Of a stretch of DNA of 20,000 bases, positions 14,893 to 20,000 are shown piece after piece (position 1 is the first letter of the stretch; every line of letters starts with the position of its first letter). The DNA is from an uncultured virus (IMG/VR IMGVR_UViG_3300031746_000009) (lineage: Duplodnaviria > Heunggongvirae > Uroviricota > Caudoviricetes): IMG/VR virus record IMGVR_UViG_3300031746_000009; one strand, 5' to 3'. The notes beneath the pieces were generated by a model. That model searched no databases and was not told where the DNA came from. It saw only the letters and a program-made list of their open reading frames with translations. A program made the position numbers and the translations under genes.

Positions 14893-15228
14893 CTATTTAT
14901 TGAAACCTACCTGACCCCACTTAACCGACAAAGGAAAAACCCTGGTCTCGCTTCGATTCAACACTTCACCATATTCCTTGTCTACAGCGTAAGCTGGCAG
15001 GTAGCCGAATGTCTGTGTCAATTTTTCACGGATGACAGGCTCGGTTTCCGCTTCAAAGACTTTCTCACCATTTTCTTTACAATAAAGGCAGAAGTCTAAA
15101 ACTATGCGGTTTGCTACCTCTCTTTCCGTGTGATGCTGCTTGCGTCTAACTTGAGCTTCCAAGCTTCTTACATGTGGCACTTTTCTGATCCTCTTGTGCT
15201 GCTTGAGGGATTCATATAGCGTCCACAC
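14893..15228 (-). CDS. Hypothetical protein
   Basis: 111 aa ORF heading the minus-strand operon; start codon uncertain. Confidence 0.6.
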   Translation of the reverse strand: MWTLYESLKQHKRIRKVPHVRSLEAQVRRKQHHTEREVANRIVLDFCLYCKENGEKVFEAETEPVIREKLTQTFGYLPAYAVDKEYGEVLNRSETRVFPLSVKWGQVGFNK

Positions 15229-15289
15229 TATTTTAGCGGACTCTGAAAGAAAGACTATGTTTGCAGCACGGTATCTTCTTTAGTGAGTG

Positions 15290-15430
15290 TTCCTATAAAG
15301 GTTTTATGGTTCTTGAGAAAACTGTTTCCAGAGTGAAGCACAAACAATGGTGTTTTTGGGTTGGTTTACTATTAATTATTTAGACTATTACTCTAAAAAA
15401 GTAGACAGAGAGCTTTTATAGCTCTAAGCC
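15290..15430. promoter_or_regulatory. Divergent promoter region; plus-strand TATA box TTTTATA inside inverted repeat AGAGCT-N5-AGCTCT
   Basis: AT-rich; TATA at 15414-15420 about 30 nt before ATG 15450 with no RBS (leaderless); CTTTATAG on the minus strand at 15293-15300. Confidence 0.5.
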
Positions 15431-15449
15431 TACTTTACCTTGATCCGCA

Positions 15450-16259
15450 ATGCTACAAGACACACTCAAATCTAATAGCTTTTTCGGTCAATACTCCGAC
15501 AAAATCTTACAACTCTGCAACGAAACCTTCAGCACCATGTACGCTAACATTTTCAAGCGTTACTGGCATGATGGAAAGTTCATGTCAAGGATGCCTTGTA
15601 ACTACTGCAAAACAGACTGGAAAGACGGAGTCTATGAAGTTCACATTCCAACAAGAGAAGACCCAGAGTTTAACATGGCCTACTACCGCATAATTGTGAA
15701 GGTCTTGCCAGAGATGGATATGGAAACAGCAAAACAAGAAAGCCAGAAACTACAAGCAAGCCTGAACCCGCCAATGGGTTATAAGGATAGCGAGCTGATA
15801 GTGCTTGTTTCCCCGAAACTGAAAAAAAGGGGGTTTCTCAGAGCCTTCAAACATGTTAAAAGGCCAGGCTTCTTGACTGGTTTATTTGTGACTAAGGTTC
15901 CAGAGATCGCCTTCAAACGACTGCTCACCGTTCTTAAAAACTTCTTTCAAAGAAGGATAGCCAAACTCTTAGAGAGACTTGAAGTGAGACCTTGGCACCT
16001 TGACTATAAGGAAGACACACTCTATTATATTAATGATGTTACGTATATAATAGAACACTTTTCCCACGGAATAGCATGTACGGTTAAGTGTTTTAGTCAT
16101 TGTCTTTCTTGGTTTGTTGGTAAAATAAGGTCTGTAAAGCATGAGATAGGTGTGCAGAACATGATAAAACTATCATTCAGACCCTTGCGAGAGATGCCTA
16201 AAAGAGACCAATTCCGCGTTCTTGAGGCTCTACAAGTTCAAGTGAACGGTCATGGCTAG
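15450..16259 (+). CDS. Hypothetical protein (269 aa, CxxC near the N-terminus)
   Basis: Long ORF following a TATA box; no family recognised. Confidence 0.75.
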   Translation: MLQDTLKSNSFFGQYSDKILQLCNETFSTMYANIFKRYWHDGKFMSRMPCNYCKTDWKDGVYEVHIPTREDPEFNMAYYRIIVKVLPEMDMETAKQESQKLQASLNPPMGYKDSELIVLVSPKLKKRGFLRAFKHVKRPGFLTGLFVTKVPEIAFKRLLTVLKNFFQRRIAKLLERLEVRPWHLDYKEDTLYYINDVTYIIEHFSHGIACTVKCFSHCLSWFVGKIRSVKHEIGVQNMIKLSFRPLREMPKRDQFRVLEALQVQVNGHG

Positions 16260-16476
16260 ACTTTTGACTCTGAAAAAAGGAAAAGAGTTTATTGTGTTAC
16301 GTAAGGCTACAAAGTTGCATCAGTGCCATGAGTGCAGTCACGCAATTCCAAAAGGGGTTCTGTATGTTGAAGACCATTTAACTTATCCACAAACAAGATG
16401 TGACGGAAGCTTTTGGCTTAAGCGCTATACTAACAAGATTTGCCTTCTATGTTGGCGTGGACCCTTACCGAAATAG
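16252..16476 (+). CDS. Zn-finger protein
   Basis: RKA.K.HQCHECSHAIPKG..Y...ICLLCW. Confidence 0.75.
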   Translation: MARLLTLKKGKEFIVLRKATKLHQCHECSHAIPKGVLYVEDHLTYPQTRCDGSFWLKRYTNKICLLCWRGPLPK

Positions 16477-16532
16477 GCCTTGTTTGCGTAGTATGCAGAC
16501 TGCTGCAGCTTCACGAGGCAAACGTTGAAACC

Positions 16533-16790
16533 TCATTGTTTTACCTCTGGCGGTTTCCTGAATATTGCGTCAAAACGGATCGGCTCAGGCTTCCGTTCCT
16601 CTGGTGTTGGTTCAGGAATCTTTGCCTCTTTCATCTGGCTTCTGAATGGGCATTCCTTGAAGTGTGTGCGCCAACCAGATTCTGTGCAATGATAAGGATA
16701 TGTTGCATAGTCTGATTGGCAGGTGCGTAAATACTGTGCGCCTTGGTATGCGGGTTTAGAATATTCACATTCTTCAGGTTCCTGAGCCAT
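16533..16790 (-). CDS. Cys-containing hypothetical protein
   Basis: 85 aa, four spaced Cys, Pro/Glu-rich tail. Confidence 0.55.
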   Translation of the reverse strand: MAQEPEECEYSKPAYQGAQYLRTCQSDYATYPYHCTESGWRTHFKECPFRSQMKEAKIPEPTPEERKPEPIRFDAIFRKPPEVKQ

Positions 16791-16884
16791 AACATCCCTT
16801 CTTACAATACATTTTTCCGTTGGCTATTCTCATTTCGAGACATGAGCCACAATCAAGGTTGTTAGTACAATTCTTCAAGTTCAC
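16774..16884 (-). CDS. Possible small Cys-rich protein (36 aa)
   Basis: GTG start, MNLKNCTNNLDCGSCLEMRIANGKMYCKKGCYGSGT. Confidence 0.35.
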   Translation of the reverse strand: MNLKNCTNNLDCGSCLEMRIANGKMYCKKGCYGSGT

Positions 16885-16906
16885 TCATCCTTCTTCGCCT
16901 TTTTCT

Positions 16907-17155
16907 TCACTCATGGCCAAACCACTTCTGAAACCACTTGTTGATTTCTTCAAGTTGATCCTTGCCGAAAGTATCATCTTCATGTGGGAAGCCATCGTCA
17001 AACCAATGGTCATTAGGATTGACAAATGGAAAATCTTTCTTAGCCTTATCAAGAATCTTGTCAATGTTTGGTAAACATTCTTCATGGCAAATCCCGTCAT
17101 CTAATTCTCCATACGCTTTATGGATTCTCTTCTTTAATTCGCCTTCTTCACTCAT
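16907..17155 (-). CDS. Hypothetical protein
   Basis: 82 aa, ILDKAKKDFP...WFQKWFG; GAGGA RBS. Confidence 0.7.
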   Translation of the reverse strand: MSEEGELKKRIHKAYGELDDGICHEECLPNIDKILDKAKKDFPFVNPNDHWFDDGFPHEDDTFGKDQLEEINKWFQKWFGHE

Positions 17156-17259
17156 GCTTCATTCCTCTTGGGTGTGCTTACGGTGAAAAAGTCCTTATCC
17201 TCAAGGGCACGTAGATGGCGTGGCGGCCAAAAACTATCTTGAGAATACAACCTTTTCAT
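17152..17259 (-). CDS. Possible small protein (35 aa)
   Basis: MKRLYSQDSFWPPRHLRALEDKDFFTVSTPKRNEA; ATGA overlap with the next gene. Confidence 0.4.
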   Translation of the reverse strand: MKRLYSQDSFWPPRHLRALEDKDFFTVSTPKRNEA

Positions 17260-17343
17260 TCCCGCCACATCCACAATGCGAGTTCTTCTTTGTGCGGTTC
17301 ATAATAAAAGGGTTTTGGTTGAACTGTACGGTTTCACAAATAT

Positions 17344-17358
17344 GGAAAGCCTTAAATG
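17344..17358 (+). promoter_or_regulatory. BRE/TATA-like promoter GGAAAGCCTTAAATG
   Basis: Purine-rich BRE-like element plus CTTAAAT in a divergent intergenic gap upstream of the RHH gene. Confidence 0.45.
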
Positions 17359-17395
17359 CTTTAACATACACGTAAATACTTGAAAGTGTTTCAGA

Positions 17396-17545
17396 ATGGC
17401 TAAACCAAACAAGCAAATCAACCTAACATTACCCGACGACTGGTATGAAGCATTAGAAAACTTGAAAACCGTCTACGGCGCATTGACTGTTCAAGATGTG
17501 ATTCGGGTTGTTCTTGCGGGCGTGTTGCATAAGGAGGAAAAGTAA
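17396..17545 (+). CDS. CopG-like ribbon-helix-helix regulator (49 aa)
   Basis: MAKPNKQINLTLPDDWYEALENLKTVYGALTVQDVIRVVLAGVLHKEEK; TAATG-coupled to the next gene; missed by the ORF track. Confidence 0.75.
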   Translation: MAKPNKQINLTLPDDWYEALENLKTVYGALTVQDVIRVVLAGVLHKEEK

Positions 17546-17787
17546 TGTTGTTTGAGCGGAATGAAAGTAAAGTTGCAAATCTGTTAGCCACCATCGACGA
17601 GCTTGTGGATCACGACAAAATAGAGGTCTTGGTAGAGTGTATTGTGGAATTGCAGAAGCAGATCGAGGAGCAGGAGAAGGCTATCAAAGAACTCAAGGAT
17701 AGACTTGAGAGTCACGAAACCTTTACGCCTGAGTTTTGTCGACAAGAAGCAGAGTTTCAGAAGCATGTTTTGGAGCTGAAAAAATGA
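17545..17787 (+). CDS. Coiled-coil protein
   Basis: 80 aa with heptads; AGGAGG RBS. Confidence 0.75.
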   Translation: MLFERNESKVANLLATIDELVDHDKIEVLVECIVELQKQIEEQEKAIKELKDRLESHETFTPEFCRQEAEFQKHVLELKK

Positions 17788-18131
17788 GATATCAATGTTT
17801 GAATAAGGATTGTGGCAAGGTGTTCATACACCCTGCAAAACTCATAAACCAAACACAGACAACCACAAAAGTTGAAAATGATTATCTTGGAACTTCCGCT
17901 TCATTTACTGGAATCCCAACAACCACTACTCACGAATATCATGTGTGCCCTTATTGCAACAATGTGAACATTGACGAGTATGTTGAGCCTCAGCCGCAAA
18001 TCGTCAGCGTTAAAAGTGTGCCCATCGAGGAAGTGGATTCTCTGATAAAAGAAGGCTACGTGGTTCTTGAGGGCGGAATCTATGCTAAAACGTGCAATCT
18101 CATAAAGAAAGAGGAGAAGAAAAAGCCATGA
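17784..18131 (+). CDS. Zn-ribbon protein
   Basis: Start reassigned to ATG 17784 (ATGA overlap): MRYQCLNKDCGKVF...VCPYCNN. Confidence 0.75.
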   Translation: MRYQCLNKDCGKVFIHPAKLINQTQTTTKVENDYLGTSASFTGIPTTTTHEYHVCPYCNNVNIDEYVEPQPQIVSVKSVPIEEVDSLIKEGYVVLEGGIYAKTCNLIKKEEKKKP

Positions 18132-18556
18132 GTCAAGATGATGTTTTAGGTCGCATAGACAAACTCGAAAAATGGGCGATAGACATGCTCGTAAAGATAG
18201 ATCAGGTTCGCGAATCCATGTTGCTCTACTGTGATGGCCAAGACGCTGTGAACACGCAGTTGCGCAGGAACATTGGTGGAAACCCGTTTAAAGCCCAAAC
18301 CCTAGAGCAGAAAGTCAAAGAGCAACCGCTTGAAGTGAAGCTTTCCTACAATGTGGATGCTTTGAAGTGGGAGCTTAGAACGCCGAAGGAAGAGGGCAAG
18401 AAGCCCTATGAGATTGCGCAGGATGATGGTAGCGAGAACTTTAAGAACTTGGTTAAAGCGGTTGACAGTGCGGGTGAGAAGGGCATGTTCACACGGTTTG
18501 GATCGTATTGGGTGATGTTTGAGGGGAAAGCGGTGGGTCGGAGGGCTAGGAAATGA
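18128..18556 (+). CDS. Hypothetical protein
   Basis: Start ATG 18128 (MSQDDVLG...), ATGA overlap, GAGGAG RBS. Confidence 0.75.
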   Translation: MSQDDVLGRIDKLEKWAIDMLVKIDQVRESMLLYCDGQDAVNTQLRRNIGGNPFKAQTLEQKVKEQPLEVKLSYNVDALKWELRTPKEEGKKPYEIAQDDGSENFKNLVKAVDSAGEKGMFTRFGSYWVMFEGKAVGRRARK

Positions 18557-18575
18557 AGGTGGAGGAAACCAACAA

Positions 18576-18875
18576 ATGAAGCCGTTAAGAAATGTTGGAA
18601 GCGTGAAGAAAGCGTACATCCAAGCGGTAAAGCTTCGCTTGAAACAGGCAATCGAGCATGATGCGGAAGGAATCATGTCGGAAAGTTGTTATATGTGCAA
18701 AGAAGTCAAAAAACATCTAGAAGCTGGTTCATCTGGCGCATGTGCAGTGTGTCCTATCCCTTTTGTTTGTGAGCGATTCCAAAACTTGCGCGGGATTGCC
18801 GTTAGATGTGGAGAGTGGGTCCAACTGAAAAGCTATCTCAGAGACTTGTTGAAGAAGGTGGGGGGTTCGCCATGA
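18576..18875 (+). CDS. Cys-cluster (metal-binding) protein
   Basis: MKPLRN...CYMC...CAVCPI..VC; GGAGG RBS. Confidence 0.7.
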   Translation: MKPLRNVGSVKKAYIQAVKLRLKQAIEHDAEGIMSESCYMCKEVKKHLEAGSSGACAVCPIPFVCERFQNLRGIAVRCGEWVQLKSYLRDLLKKVGGSP

Positions 18876-19042
18876 GAAAGCTTAGACGCTTCCATGACTC
18901 TTTCGTTCTACTGAGCACAAATTGCAAGTTGAAGCAGACTGGGCAAGAGGTTCATTGCGACCTTGCTAAATCGGAGCATTGCCCGAAGAAAACCTATGCT
19001 TACGTGTTTACGTTAACTTGTTTTGAGGTTGAGAAGCCGTGA
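18872..19042 (+). CDS. Small Cys-containing protein (56 aa)
   Basis: MRKLRRFHDSF...; ATGA/GTGA overlaps at both ends. Confidence 0.6.
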   Translation: MRKLRRFHDSFVLLSTNCKLKQTGQEVHCDLAKSEHCPKKTYAYVFTLTCFEVEKP

Positions 19043-19200
19043 GCCAAACCAAGGAACAGAAAATAATCCATGAAATTGCAGACTTGGAAGAAAAGATAAG
19101 GCAGAAGAACAATGAAATCCGCGACATTAACAATGCGATAATTGATTTGAGAAACAGTCTGTTTGTGCTGAAATTTAATCGTGGTGAGAGATACCTATGA
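19039..19200 (+). CDS. Small coiled-coil protein (53 aa)
   Basis: GTG start, MSQTKEQKIIHEIADLEEKIRQKNNEIRDINNAIIDLRNSLFVLKFNRGERYL; overlaps at both ends. Confidence 0.65.
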   Translation: MSQTKEQKIIHEIADLEEKIRQKNNEIRDINNAIIDLRNSLFVLKFNRGERYL

Positions 19201-19880
19201 GCCAAACCAAGCGGAAGGTGAAGATTAGGCAACACATCGCCCAATTACATATAAAGACTCAGGCAGTGAATTGCCCAAATTTCAAGCAGAAGAAAGCTGA
19301 AACAAAAACAACATGTGACCAAATGAGAAGATGTAAGACTTGCGAGAGGGTTTCTGAGGCTGAGCACACTAAGCTTCAAGAAGCGCATAAGAAATCTGTT
19401 CAAAAGCTTGGCGAAATCACTGGGATGTATATTCGTAAAAACGAGGTTCTTGAGGGTGAAAACGCCAAACTCAAAAATGAAATTGCTGAAGAAAGGACTG
19501 GAAACGAGTTTTTGAATACTGAAAACTTGGCTTTGATGGGTGATTGTGTTGCATACCAGAAGAGGCTTGAGGCAATCAAGTCTCTCTACGAAAACCGACC
19601 AAAACGAAGACCTTTCATAAAGGGAATGAAAGGCGAAGAATGTTATCTTGACGGCGAAGTAGATGAGTTTCTGAAGGAGCTTGGGGTTTTGCTTTCACCG
19701 AAAGAAGTAGACTCGAACCAAACCCTATCGTCGCATCAATGTTGGCTTACACATAGTCCTCTTGGCTGTTCTTGGGTAGATTGTCAAGATTGCCCTATGC
19801 GAGAATTGGAATATTACGGTGGCTTGGAGAGAAAATTCAAAGAGCTTGACCAGAAAACGAGGGAAGGCGACTCAAAATGA
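19197..19880 (+). CDS. Coiled-coil protein with N- and C-terminal Cys clusters
   Basis: 227 aa, GGTGA RBS, CKTC and CQDCP motifs. Confidence 0.75.
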   Translation: MSQTKRKVKIRQHIAQLHIKTQAVNCPNFKQKKAETKTTCDQMRRCKTCERVSEAEHTKLQEAHKKSVQKLGEITGMYIRKNEVLEGENAKLKNEIAEERTGNEFLNTENLALMGDCVAYQKRLEAIKSLYENRPKRRPFIKGMKGEECYLDGEVDEFLKELGVLLSPKEVDSNQTLSSHQCWLTHSPLGCSWVDCQDCPMRELEYYGGLERKFKELDQKTREGDSK

Positions 19881-20000
19881 CGAAGAATGAGGAAACATTC
19901 ACCGCAAACCGCAACCACATGCGCCTAATGCGTCGGCTAGGCTGTGAACTGGAATGTATGAAACAAATTTGTTTGCATGGTTCGAGGGCGATTGTGGTTG
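19877..20000 (+). CDS. Hypothetical protein (partial)
   Basis: ATGA overlap; MTKNEETFTANRNHMRLMRRLGCELECMKQICLHG... open to the window end. Confidence 0.5.
   Translation, partial: MTKNEETFTANRNHMRLMRRLGCELECMKQICLHGSRAIVV

Noticed and set aside
15450..16259. Possible PD-(D/E)xK nuclease-like fold in the 269-aa protein
   Set aside because: Only a vague resemblance (IVLVS...GF); no identifiable catalytic motif

Overview
A 20-kb segment of a head-tailed (Caudoviricetes-like) virus or provirus. The host is most likely archaeal, inferred from GGTGA-type ribosome-binding sites, TATA-box promoters, oligo-T terminators and many Zn-ribbon and RHH microproteins. 1-8670 (minus strand) is the packaging/head module: small ORFs, putative TerS, TerL, DUF1073-type portal, an inserted SAM methyltransferase + GT-A glycosyltransferase pair, DUF2213-type protease/scaffold, scaffold, decoration protein and an encapsulin-like HK97 major capsid protein that runs off the left edge and is absent from the ORF track. 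8700-9420 is a divergent non-coding control region with helically phased GTATG/TATG repeats. 9423-11563 (plus strand) is an early-type operon of small genes containing two type I hammerhead ribozymes. They flank one HxDGYP-motif gene, and each cuts directly in front of GGGUGA, so a 496-nt monocistronic and potentially circularisable RNA would be excised. 11608-15228 (minus strand) is a membrane-associated operon with a TRAFAC-type GTPase coupled to a GAP1-N-like protein and TM/coiled-coil proteins. 15450-20000 holds small regulatory, Zn-finger and coiled-coil genes of unknown function. All family calls come from motif recognition by eye; no searches were run.
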